A DNA stretch of 64,000 bases from Ramazzottius varieornatus (lineage: Eukaryota > Animalia > Tardigrada), in NCBI GenBank assembly GCA_001949185.1, contig BDGG01000007.1, positions 1 to 64,000 on the forward strand, written 5' to 3'. Positions within the stretch are counted from its first letter, which is position 1, and each line of letters opens with the position of its first letter. The notes under the pieces were generated by a model. The model did no database searches. It saw nothing but the letters and a program-made list of their open reading frames with translations, and was not told the DNA's origin. Below, piece after piece: positions 52,352 through 64,000 of the stretch. Both the position numbers and the translations under genes were made by a program.

Positions 52352-54126
52352 ATGCGAGCCATAAACTTTGGCCAAGTTAGAGGTGGGAACTGGGTAAAGA
52401 TCAGAATGGACAAGGAAAGCCACCTGGGTGAGAACGGGCTCCGGGTTGGCGACAACATCGTCGTGTACTTTGGCCCCACGGAAAAGAGCAAGCCTGGCTA
52501 CTACTCCACCATAGTTCGCGGTGTCTACGATGATAAGAAGACTTGTGATGAGGCACTGAAAGCTCTTCGTGCCTCTAAACGGAAATCAGCTGGCCCAGTG
52601 ATAGAAACTGAACGCACTGAACGTCTTCGAGGAGTATCCCAGTTTCAAACGGACGAAGATCTGGCCGACGGTAATAAGTGATCGAGCTCTTTACTTCCAG
52701 AACGCTTCTCGAACTCGATCCTCCATAGGTAGCCTCTCAGCACATTGCGAAGACGACGGTAAGCATGTAGACTGTTAACGTTGGCGTACTAATTAGTTTC
52801 GGATTGCCAGTTTTACCAGGTGCTTCTCCGGAAAGAAACGTTCAGGAGTCTTTTCAACGTACGTAATTTCTCGCTCGAAACGTTTTCGTCATACTACCCA
52901 CAAGCTGTCGAAAGTTGGAAAATCGACCGCTACTGAATACGGCGAAGTGCTAAATCCAACTTTCGTGTCTTTGAAATGTCCATGTTAATTTGTTTGATCG
53001 CGCATCTTGTGTTCCAACTATCAAACAGGTTAAGAATTTGGACCGTTCGTTTGGTTCACCCTTAATCACTGAACGCTGAACAGCTGTAGCTTCAAAGTTG
53101 CGAAAGTTGGACCCCACGCTGCTCGGTCCAGCAGACTAACATGGAGATTTGAAAGACACGAAAGTTATATTTATCGCTTCGGCTCTTAACTGCAAAATTC
53201 GTTTTCCCAACTTTCGAATCTTCTGTTCTCCCGTAGCCAACTTGAGCCGGGACAACACTCCAGATTCAGCAGTCGGCTTATCATCAGCAACAGAGAATTC
53301 TGGCCGTAATGCCGCTCGAGGTAAATATTGCACAAGCTGGCCAAACGAATGCACCCTAATTATTGCTGCTCTAGACTCAGCTGCGCATTCTCCACGTATA
53401 GATCGGAGCTCAAATACACCAGCGTCAAGTGAGTAAGCCTTTTTCAACCGCCTCCGCCATTTCGATACTGAAAAAATTGCCTGACCCATATAGGTAATAT
53501 TGCACCTTTGCCGGGAAACGTGTCTCAAGCTGGAACACCTACCAAAGAGCAAGACAGTGAGTAGACTCGGAAGCTAGTCGTCTGATGGTCAATAAAAACA
53601 GTGGAATTGTGTTGCAGTTCACAAAAAGCTACAAAGCATCGTCTCCTCGTTCTACTGAAAGAAGCAAACCCCTGGTTCTCAACATATCCGATCTGGGTAC
53701 GACGATAAAGAAGACGATAAGAAGACTGGATAAAGAAGACAGTTCTGGCAGATCTGGTCCAACATTACGGTCCCGAAGCAGTGTGTCCAAACAACGGACG
53801 GCCACAGTACGCGTGGAAGTTGGTGCTACACGTGCTTGGAGGAGAAGAAAGCGTGTTTGCGACTAAATCCCCGAAGAAGATCGGGGCGGACGCAATTTTG
53901 AAGGAGCCAGCTATACTCGTGGTCATCGGCAAGTTTACAGTGTCAAAACTGATGAAATGCTGAAAGTCTGAAACATTTTCTGTTCGTGAGTCTAACCATA
54001 ACCTTGATATCCGTCCTTTTAGGTCACGTCACCGAGATCTTCGCACTTACCGACCCCATCAACAAGGCCTTTTTCAAGCAGAAGATGAACAACAATATGG
54101 CATCGGTCAAGAGTCGCTTCGTTTAG
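52352..54126 (+). pseudogene. Multi-exon gene with a C-terminal BEN-like domain, apparently disrupted
   Basis: PQYAWKLVLHVLGGEE...ILKEPAILVVIG|HVTEIF...FKQKMNNNMASVKSRF, using a G|GCAAGT donor. There is a frameshift just upstream and a stop in a predicted middle exon. Confidence 0.4.
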
Positions 54127-56223
54127 CCATAACTTTCTGTTCCCACAATAAATTCAGTTTCGACAGTCGTAGCTCTTCGTTCCTTCCATGATGTTGGTTC
54201 ATCATTAGATCGAACACTTAATCCAGCACTGTTACGCACATGAGAGAACAAACGAAAACCGCTCATTGAGTCTGACTCCCCACTTGGCAGTATATCAGCT
54301 AAGGGTATCAAGTGCGTGGTTGACAGATTCGGTTTCGCTAGCTGGAATATTAAATCATGATCGTAGGTGTACTGCACTTCTCTTACAGCCATCCTTTTAA
54401 TGACTATCAAGCGCGTTTCTTAGTTTTTGAGAAAGATTCGGCCCCTGGCCTTTGAGTTTACTGCTAAAGTACTGCCAGATCTCAGCTAATTATCGGTCAG
54501 ACGTTGGCGAGTGCACTATTGCAATACTTGTGGTGTGCGAAAGCAATCTGTTCAACCACCCAGCAGGCGTCATTCGGTAGGCTGACTGCATCTTGCACGT
54601 GTACGGTATGAGGTTGCTGCAAATTTTAGCAGTAAACTACGGAACGCCGACCACACTCGCTGTCAGTAACCAGTGTTCGACCAGTGTATGACCAGTGTCT
54701 AGCGAATCTTGCTGACATATTTCAACGGCGCTTTCGAAAGATGACCACAGTACGACAAGTTCTCGTTGACTGTGTTTCTGCTTAACTATCTGGATGGACT
54801 TTCCATGGACTGAAACACAACCTTTACAGATCCACCACAGGTTCTCCCTAAATTCCGATTTTTATATGGGATCTTCAGCTGCTACCTGGGTGCCTGCTGC
54901 AACCCGGTGAGTCCAGTCTGTCGGCCATCCTTCGTACCAACGCAGGTCACTTTTACGGATTGGGACGAACCATGCGCACAGTACATCTTCTCATTCGAGC
55001 TAACTTACATGCTGCTTCTTTTGCCAGAGTTCCGAATCATCAGAAACGGCCCATCGAAACCCGTAAACGGCGGACGCGGCTGCTTTTGCTGCGAGAAACG
55101 CATATCGAACGATCCATCACCTGCGCATTGTGTTGTTCTGTCGCTGTCACAACTACATTTTGGATATACATTGCCGAATATTACGCTCGTGAAAAAACTT
55201 GGAGTAAACAATCGCGACTACTGGTTTTCATCTTCACTGAGCCATGATTTTGCCATATCGTGCGCTGTTTGTCAAGAGTTTCCTTTGGTATTTTGTAAAA
55301 AGCGCCGATGATGTCAAGAATGCACTCGAAGAGGAATTTTTTTGCGGAAAGCGCTTCCGTGCATCGGCCATACAAAAAAGGGGATAAAGTTCTGCAGCAC
55401 AGGACTACAACCATGAGCGGGACGTACGAGCGCGTGGAAGACTTCGAAGGAAATGAAAACACCGAGCACCACATAAAAAGTAGGTCTCAACGATTTCGAA
55501 ACGATTTGCAAACAAGAAGGTTGAGAAACAGCGGGAACTGTGGCCATGCTTTCTAAAACACGATTTCTCATCAAATTGTCGATAACGAGAGCTGGTTTAC
55601 AGAGTGGACGCTGGAGTGTCAAGCAGCCTCTGTCGGATGAGTGCAAGCGAAGCGGATGTTGTACCGATGAATACCAGTATGCACACGAACTGGCAAACGG
55701 GCGAACATGTAACTTCATGTTGGAACTACAGTGTTTTCACACTTTCGGAAAACACGTGCAGAGTTTTCGGAACAACGTCACTGCAGCCAGATCCTTTGTT
55801 AGCGCGTTGGAGTACTGTGACATACGCGTGGTATACGTGGCTTACTACTGATTTATTCAGTCATGAAAAGCGGTGTAGGATCTTGCTTGAAGTTTCATTC
55901 GCATCATGATGCAAGGGTATCAGATTCAGAAGTGCGCCCGCGAGGAATCGTCCATGCATGCAGCGCTTGGCGATACAGCGGTTGGTTAAAGATAGCACAC
56001 TGCAGTGACTGCGCTGTGAGCACAGTACGAGACAGTCTTGCGAGAACACTTACGCTTCCACCATTTATGGCCAGGTTTGCTTAGGTTGGCTTGCTCTTCA
56101 TTCACAATCCCAACTTCCGAGCTCTTTCACAACTTCCCACAGCATCTGATCTTTTCCTGACAGTTCCGCACCGGTCATTGAAACGATTGTTTTCTTGTCC
56201 ACAAGTTAGAACGCACTAGGATC

Positions 56224-58423
56224 ATGCAGGCAGTCGCGGATCAAAGCAACGTCTTCGTCAACCTGAAGAAAGTTAAATCGAACGATCCAGATGGAGATCC
56301 TGGCATTCTCGTCTCCATCCCGGGAGAACTGTATTCACCCATTGAAGAACTGGAACAGAGAAACCTCAAGTCATATTGCTCGAACGATCGAAACTACTTG
56401 CCAGGAATGAAGCTGGCTGGTATGACCGTCTACATGTACCACGTCGACAGCCGCTCGTTCAGAGAACTGACAGTGGAGGAGCATCGTCTTCTACTGTGCA
56501 TCAAGACTTTCCCGCACCGTATTGACTTGATTAGGAACGAAGCGAAATTCCTCAGCATCAAGAACTTGACTGTTGGTAAGTCTTCAAAACTTTGAACTGG
56601 AATTTTCATCCTGTCCCTAATCATCTTGCGCTTGACCTGTCCCTATACACTTCTCCCTGCGAGATGTGACAATTGCTCCTCCTGCGACTGGACAGCAATT
56701 CTGCGCGGGCTTGCTCGCCATACACCGCGCAGCACGATCAGCTGATCGACGCCCGCTTCTGGCTACACTTGATCAAGTAACCAAGCGGATGTCCGATCAG
56801 CTGATGCCTAATTGTTTTCATGCAAACGGCATGACGAGCAATTCCGTGGACATATGAACTGTCCGGAACTACGACTGCGACTGTGTATATTTGAGCACTA
56901 GGCAAAGCTTTCAGTACGGCGTTGCCATTATATGCAGCGACGTTGAGACAGAAAAGTAGCTGTTCTGTAAACACTCACGTCAGTGGATCCCTTTGATCTA
57001 GACGACTATTTTGATTGGTTGATACAATTTGCTATTCTATCGATGCCCGCTCTATACTGTGTAATTTAGCCACGCCCAGTGCTCATTTATTCAGAGCAAG
57101 ATGTCAAGTTCGGTCCTACGCAAGATGGCGCTGTACCGAGGTGGCGGCAAACGTGTACAGTACATTGAAGAATACCTCTGTGCTCTAGGGGATCGGGTCA
57201 AGGCTTACTGCAGCCGCGATTGGCGATTCGGACGACTTGGCTACAAGGGAGCCATTCCGCAGAACAACAACGATCTTGAATTTAGCGAAGACGGCTCGGG
57301 AACCTGGTTCGGGGTGGAACTTCTCGGAGAGTCCGCCGGACGAGGAAAATGTGATGGGACCGTCTTTGGAATCCGACTGTTCCATTGCAATCCCGACTGT
57401 GGTGTGTTCGTCACTGCCGCATGCATTCGTCCCGACAACACTATCCCAGCGCTTCAGGAAAATGGCGGAGATAACGGAATTGAGGTCGTACAGTCTGCAG
57501 CACCGGTTGCCAACACGGTAAAGACGCAGTTCAAACGATAAAACTACGGTATTGCTAATTCTGATTTCGTTTCTCAGATGCCGGGTGCGGACAACGCCGT
57601 GGAAATGTTCGTCATCCCGGCCGACTTGTTGAATCGTTACGGCAAGCGACCTCACGAAGACCACATCAGGGCTGCCAAGCTAATCCCAGCAATTTCCTGG
57701 GTCCAGTTCAACGAGCGCAACAACAAGTGTTTGATCGAAGGCGGCAATGTCGACGTCTGTCGTTATGCGCGCACGACGATCGAGCTTTTCCAAGAGCTGT
57801 ACCGTCTACCCAACCAACTATTGGCCAAGTTCACCGAGAAGAACTACAAGAAGATCAATGGCATTCGCAAGGTGTCCAACGCAGTCATCACTGAAGATGA
57901 GAAGAACGAGTTCTACACTTTGTTCCGCGTAGTTGGCTTGGCCAGTGAAGTACGTCGTGGAATGGAGGCGTTTGAAGCTGAAGTGGCCAAACTGGGCGCT
58001 ACTCAACAATCAGCAACAGGAGCTTCTACTCCCGCGCCGTCCACAACAGGAACCGGGACCGGTAACAGCGGGAGCGGAAATGGCGGGAAAAAGCGCAAGA
58101 ATCGTGGCAACACCGGCTCGAATCCCGGTCTGTCGGACCAAGTTCAGGCAGGAGTGGAAAGTATGGAGGTGGACAACGTCGATATTAACGTAGAGGGAAG
58201 ACTTCCCCCGGATCCAGAGAGACTGGATCTGCCACCTATTGTGGGAGGAGATACCACCAAGGAATGCATAATTTGTATGGTGGAGGTGCCGGTAATGGTA
58301 CTCTACAAGTGCGGACATATGCAGACTTGTCGAGGATGCGCGGAGAAACTGTTCTATAGCATGAAAAAAGAATGCCCGACTTGCCGTAAGCCCATCGAGG
58401 ATATCATCCGTGTTTTCGAATAA
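56224..58423 (+). CDS. Chimeric CYLD-like N-terminus/CAP-Gly + tandem KH-like + RING E3 ligase (exons 56224-56575, 57189-57517, 57578-58423; 508 aa)
   Basis: LLLCIKTFPHRIDLIRN...LTVG|DRV...GTWFGVELLGESAGRGKCDGTVFGIRLFHCNPDCGVFV (CAP-Gly). KH-like pair in exon 3. C-terminal CIIC...VLYKCGHMQTCRGC...CPTCRKPIEDIIRVF (RING-HC). Splices are in frame (1527 nt). Confidence 0.85.
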
Positions 58424-58823
58424 AAGCTAGGAAACATGTAAAGCAGAAAAAGTTTGTGCTATGCATCTACAAAATATTCGCTGTGGACGCTTTTTCAATT
58501 TTACCCTTGGTATCGATGGTCGGTTTCAATCATAGTGCGTTGTCTTCTTCAATCCTGAATACGCTTCACGCCTTGTATATTCTCGTCTTTTCTTCACTAC
58601 TGTTTGGATTTCATACTTACGTTTCATCGTTCCGTTCGTAAATTTGGTCTGTGCTGCATACTTGAAATACTCTACACATTAATATGTCCATAACCCAAAA
58701 TTCGTCATTTTATTACACAAGGCACTTTACTGTAACCGGAAACAAACCCGAAAGTAGAAATTTACAAGGGATAATGTGGTCGATTAACTTGATTAGAGAC
58801 CTCTCAATACAGAGTGGCCCAGT

Positions 58824-59600
58824 TTATCGGAGGAACAGCGCATTCTTCTCCGGTTGAACAACAGGTCGTACAATAACAGGATAGAACGATGCCGACATTC
58901 TTCTTGTCAATATAAACAAGACCACGGTCCCGTGGATCATACTGACCAAGCTAGCGATACCCGTCATAAGTGTTACCCAAAAGCAACAAACGATCGCCAT
59001 ATCGGTACTCGTTGACCGTGGCTGTATAACCCGGATCGTCGCTTGGTACAGGCAGATGGACTGAAAGATTACGAACAGCACGTTGCCGATAACTTCGATT
59101 ACGCTGGTGGTCAGCGTGAACAGAACCTTGGACCGCGAAATGTCGGCACCGTGGAAGTCCGAGGCTCCGCTGAGCGTAATGGCGGATGCATGTCGTGGGT
59201 TGAGAGCATGGTGGACATCAATGACCACAGTGGTTTGGGACACCATCGTCCGCATCTTGCCCCAAAAGCCGATCAAAGGAAGGGCGGCAACCAGAACGAA
59301 AATGATGTTGGTTAGTCCATAGTATTCGACGAGGTTATGGTTGACTGCATCAGGTGATGTATAAAGTACGACGAATACTATCGATAGCACAGAAGAACAA
59401 ATCCTTAGTACACCCTATCAGATAGTTTCAATGTCCTGAAAGGAAGACTTACGGGTGGTACCGACACTGAGCAATATTACGGCGAGAACAACACGATGGA
59501 TGTTCGTGCTCGAGAGCTGACCGAGATGAACGGTGTGCGGGGTGGTTTTGACGGTGTTCCGGTATCCGATTTCGTATTCTTCCCGACTGAGAAAGTCCAT
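58824..59600 (-). CDS. Multi-pass membrane protein of unknown family (two exons, ~59481-59600 and 58824-59414)
   Basis: About four hydrophobic segments. Phase-0 acceptor at 59415. Donor is tentative. Confidence 0.55.
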
Positions 59601-60689
59601 TTTTGGAACAGTTACGTCACAAGCTCCGAAAAGCTGAGAGGAAAGGCTGCGGGGACTACCGTTGTAAAAATGAAGCGACGATTGTGCATGGTTTTTCGAA
59701 GTGCCGGTTTTCGGTACGTCATTCAGCGCTAACTTTTGAAGAATCTCAATGCACTTTAGACGACATGATCATATCTGGGCAACGAAAAGACCGCCAATTC
59801 AGGACGGTGCATGTTTATTCTTCGTTCATCTTATTGGATAATCTGACATTTAAAAACACAGCTACCATTTTAGTTAGGTAGGTCTACGCGCGCTCCTTCT
59901 TCGGAAGAGAACAACACTGGATCAGTACCGGATCAGTTATAAAAATGGTGAAGGTACGTATACTATTAGAAGGCAGTAGGCAATATTCTAGTTAGCGGTC
60001 TAAACAGATCTCCTTCCGAATTCGGGTATCAGAACAGAGAAAAGAAACCTGAACCCAAATCCCGCTTATTGTATACGCGAAGTTTACTGGAACGATTACA
60101 CTAGACCAAAGTCAACTAAAAAAGGGTGTGTACTGTGTAGATGTGTGCAATCTGATAGTTTCCTATTGTGTGTTTTTTCCCAATGGAGCAGTCTCCTGAC
60201 TTTTCTCGAACTTCCTCGTCGCCGACAAAGGGGAGCAAAAGAACAGGCACTAATGTACTTGCTGCGGCTACGAATCGTGTCAGGTCCCGCTTGTAGAAAC
60301 GGTCCATCGCAGGTTCGTTCCCCTGGTCCAAACTACCGACAAAAACAGACTCACGTTACTGTACTCATGTATCACTCCCGTGCACGATACCGACAGCGCG
60401 ATGCAAATATAATGTCTTCAGTACTTGCCTACCCCCATTACCTGGTGCTGGTTGCCATGACTGATGTGTTCCGTTCATGCGGTACCGAGTAGAAGGACAT
60501 TGCGACCTCAGGAAATTACAGTACGAGGAGCAAAACCTAACTTTTTTCACGAGCATGCTTTGCTAGGTCAAATTCTGCAGGTGGCGCGGTCCTGTGTCCT
60601 GTCAGCTGATAACGTTCTACCGCCATGAGGACCGAGCAAGAGTTAGCGAAGTTCTGGCTGTTCTGATTTGCGATAGGAATGATGGTAAC

Positions 60690-62801
60690 CATCAGTGTGC
60701 ACCCACCACGCAGACAGTTTATTTCTACTGTCGGCGTGCGTCGCGTACGACTGAACCACCAGGCAAAGTTGCCAACAATTCGCTTGGAAGTTCGCAAAGT
60801 TTTAGCTGTTCCGATTTCGAATAGAAACCAGCCGTAAAGCTCTGGTGATGACGCTGTACAACAACTGCGCGATTTCTATTTGCTAATTAGTAAAGTTTAT
60901 AATCGGCTTAGCTTAGAAAGCTTAAGCAAGTCTTCGAATTCGGTGATAGACCAGAGGCACCGCAAGTGTTGTTGCTCACCTGAAGAGCATCGTTGGGATA
61001 ATATTGCTGTAGAATGACGCCGCCTCCAACGACCGTGCCGTATGCATTCAGGCTGAAGTTCCCAGTCCGTAAGGTAAATGTTCGACTATAGAACACCCGA
61101 GCAATGTTTCTCTCGTCTTCTAGTAAGTGAGACCGGTTGCTGTCCAGAAACCCTTGGACGACCTACGAAACAACCGACAGGCAATAAATAGCAAGGACGG
61201 AAGACGCCTATGCGATTCAAATGCGCTACGGGTGCTGCCTGGTGTTGTGACTCACCTGCGCGGTCGACAAGAACATGGCGTATGCTGCAGTCACATGAAA
61301 GTTCTACAAAAGAGTGGTACCGAAGGTTTTCTTGGCAGATTCACTCGAAATATGTGCGACACAACTTACCACAGAATCCGGAGTGTAAGAAGAATTGTAT
61401 CTCTCACGGCTGACATCACGCTATCTTTCTCTTAAAAAGTATAAGTCGGACCCGCAGGGTGGATAATCATCTACCGTGTCCTTTTCCAGAAACAGAACAG
61501 TTCTGTATGCATCTTTCATCGTCTGGGACGAGAAAGCCATGTTACAGAAACCCTGACCAACGACGATAAACCCCTGCGAGGATTTTTACCACGTCGTCCT
61601 TTTCCCCGTATCGCCAGGTGTAGTTTCCTAATATTGGATGACGGAGCAAAACGAAGCAGATGTGGACCTGCGGAGCGAACAGGTGTGCATCTAGTCACTT
61701 TATTTTCAAGCAGTCTGTCGATCTAGGCCTGTTACGTACAAAATCTCCTTGTGTCATGTTGGCAGACTGTGCCGCCATCTGCATAATGGCTAAAATCAAG
61801 GTTCAACGTCGGGCAGCAGTTTTCTGGAGCCGCTTCCTACCATAAGTTTTCTCAGTGTTCCGCCAAACACCATGTCGACGATCACTGTAAAGAAATTTGT
61901 AAATTGGTGAAAGGCCTGCAAAACACTGCTTTCCGACCTGTGGTACTACGTGTAGACTGCACGGTCCTGTACCTCGGGTTTGTCGGCGAATTTCCTCCAT
62001 CACGAAAGTATAGTTTGTCGTGTTGAGAAACCCATCGACTTGAAGTGTGGTTACGTTGGACTGAAGTGCCGTGCTCAAGCCGTTCTGGTTGCCGGTACAC
62101 CACAAAAGCAGGGCAGGATTTCGATTGACGTCACAGACGATCAAGACCGTGATCCAGTTGAAATGCAGCAAGACGCCCCTGAGCATGCTCACAGACCGTA
62201 TCACGCTCGATTTTCCTCCTGCCCCAGATTCTATGCGCGTTGGCCATTTTTCCTTGTTGTCAATATCGCTCACATAATTCGTGCTGGAAAGCCAAGTGTG
62301 ACTTCACTTTACTTCCGGCCAACTTTTAGCCGTTAAAATATTTACCCAATGGTAAGTTTCCGCAGGTTAGTAGCCAAGTAGGTGGTCGCATGACCATCGC
62401 AGTCTAGTATATCCAAGTTCAGTGGTCATGAAACATTCCGCACGAAGCTCTCTAGGTGGTTATACCGAAGCGTTTCAGAACTCACCTGCTTCGTTGGTGA
62501 GGAATATGGTAAGATTAGCAGCTCGCCATTTCGACAGATTCGAGTAATAGAACTTGGCCAGTACGTCGTCACTGACAGGCGTCAAATCGGTGCATTGACT
62601 GTATTCCGGACCGGTGATGATATTCTGGGAGATGCTCAACCGAGGATAAAACCTTCGGATGTCTTCCAGTGCACTTTCGTAAGCTGGCTCAACCAGGAAA
62701 TAACTTCCCATCTCTCCGGCATAATTTAAGATGAAAGTGATCACTTCGACACGGAACAACGGTTGACCGTAGGTGTTGCTGCTAAAGCTCAAGTTATTCA
62801 T
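60690..62801 (-). pseudogene. ANF-receptor / receptor guanylyl cyclase-type ligand-binding ectodomain gene with an in-frame nonsense codon
   Basis: VEPAYESALEDIRRFYP, DIDNKEKWPT, LLHFNWITVLIVCD, MTQGDF|VHI, YTWRYGEKDD, YSRTFTLRTGNFSLNAYG across short in-frame exons. TAG at 61421-61423 lies inside the exon starting at 61522. Confidence 0.6.
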
Positions 62802-64000
62802 TTTTTTCGTAAAGGTATCTCGCTAAATGATGAGTCTTCTGCATACTGCCAGCTCTGCTCGTTGGATCCCACACCTCGACATTCATGGATCACTGCCTGG
62901 CTGTTCACGTCAATTAGCAAACCATGCAAAAGATTACTTCCCACCGACCAGTTGCTCTTTGTACGATTTAGAGTAGTTTCCCCAAATGGATGAACTCCTC
63001 AGAACTTAGTAAGCCCCCGACATCCTTCATGTGTTGACGCACTAAGTCCCAAATATGGAAGTCCCAAATATATGAAAAAGAGAGGTGGCCTCCTTCCATA
63101 TACCAGGTTGACTTCTTGGAAGAAACGCACGAAATTTCCCCCGCGTGTAATTCTTTCGAAGGCGACCCATACCTTGTCGCAACTCGAGGTGCATGTTTGC
63201 GAGGAGCTTTAACGGTCTTCTGCGCAAAATTTCCAACTCGCTTGCTAGTTTGTATGGGCGCTCTTACACAGTTGTACTGGTGGTAGGCGCTTTCTTTCCA
63301 TCTTTATATAAGCGCTGGAGTTTTAGGCTGGGAGACGACAGGTTCATGCCAGAGTTTGACACGGCCGTGGTTTCTCCGGTGTGAATGTGGCCGTTCTGGT
63401 TGGGGCTTTCGGGTTGCTCGCCCGGAAGTGGCGAAGGTGCGCCACTGCCACGGGGTAACGTCTAGGCCTTGACCACTTCTTCTGCTTCCTTGTACATTTC
63501 ACCTTCGGGTCAGGATGGATTATCACTGTCCACGTTTAACCTGAGAAAGAAATCAAAATGGAGAAATGCTGAAGAAAAATAACGTGTTCTTCAAGAGAAG
63601 ACAGCAATGAAAGCAGGAGGCCAAGTTGAAATCAACACGATTTCTCCCTCGTTAGGATTTGAAACATAGAATATCTCTCCGAGTCGGCAATATACATTAT
63701 GCCGGCTACAATGTCAGCCTTCGGGCAATCCTCTTCTACTGTATTACTGAGAATCGGTAATGCTTATTCAACCGTTGCACAGTCAACAAAGAAAAAAAAC
63801 AATATTCCGAAACGAGCGCTACTCACAACTACGAGGTAAACGACATAATCCGGCCGTACCCGTTTTTGGGACGTTATTTGGACGGCTGTTTTTTCAATAA
63901 TCTTTGGATGGTTTTCCATCCTGTATGATTCACGGATCAGAAAATCTTGTTTCCTAGAACTCTAAACGGTTCTGGAGAAGATCCGATGGTCAGAGGATGA

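Noticed and set aside
54900-55900. Cys/His-rich fragments resembling a degenerate CCCH zinc-finger gene
   Set aside because: Spacing is incomplete and no consistent exon chain could be built.
60116-60500. Possible start of a second ANF-receptor paralog
   Set aside because: Only a vague resemblance; no exon chain could be recovered.
63042-63526. Possible degenerate guanylyl cyclase C-terminus (HTGE...)
   Set aside because: The diagnostic MPRYCLFGDTVN motif is absent; similarity is too weak.

Overview
Eukaryotic (metazoan) DNA with many short GT-AG introns. The compact genes, divergent class A GPCRs, ANF-receptor-type ectodomain gene and bacterial-type TPS remnant suggest a tardigrade, but this is inference. 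The left ~29 kb is gene-dense: a spliced hAT transposase inside an intron of a GPR158-ectodomain-like gene, a BTB protein, syntaxin-1 with three alternative transmembrane exons, Ran, BUD23, USF, a PAN/Apple gene plus a MITE-disrupted duplicate, an orphan secreted protein, a Ly6/three-finger protein, a DnaJ protein and VPS37. The right ~35 kb is accessory: hAT MITEs with 8-bp TSDs, a decayed gB-like retroelement envelope, a decayed hAT transposase, GPCRs and pseudogenes. Three items stand out there: (1) an intact chimeric gene joining a CYLD-like N-terminus/CAP-Gly, FMR1-like tandem KH domains and a Neuralized/MEX3-type RING; (2) an intact 10-exon secreted pseudo-astacin lacking all three zinc histidines and the catalytic Glu, fused to a hemopexin-like domain; (3) a Bacteroidetes-type trehalose-6-phosphate synthase relic. 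Exon boundaries were derived by eye. Family calls rest on remembered motifs; no database search was run.
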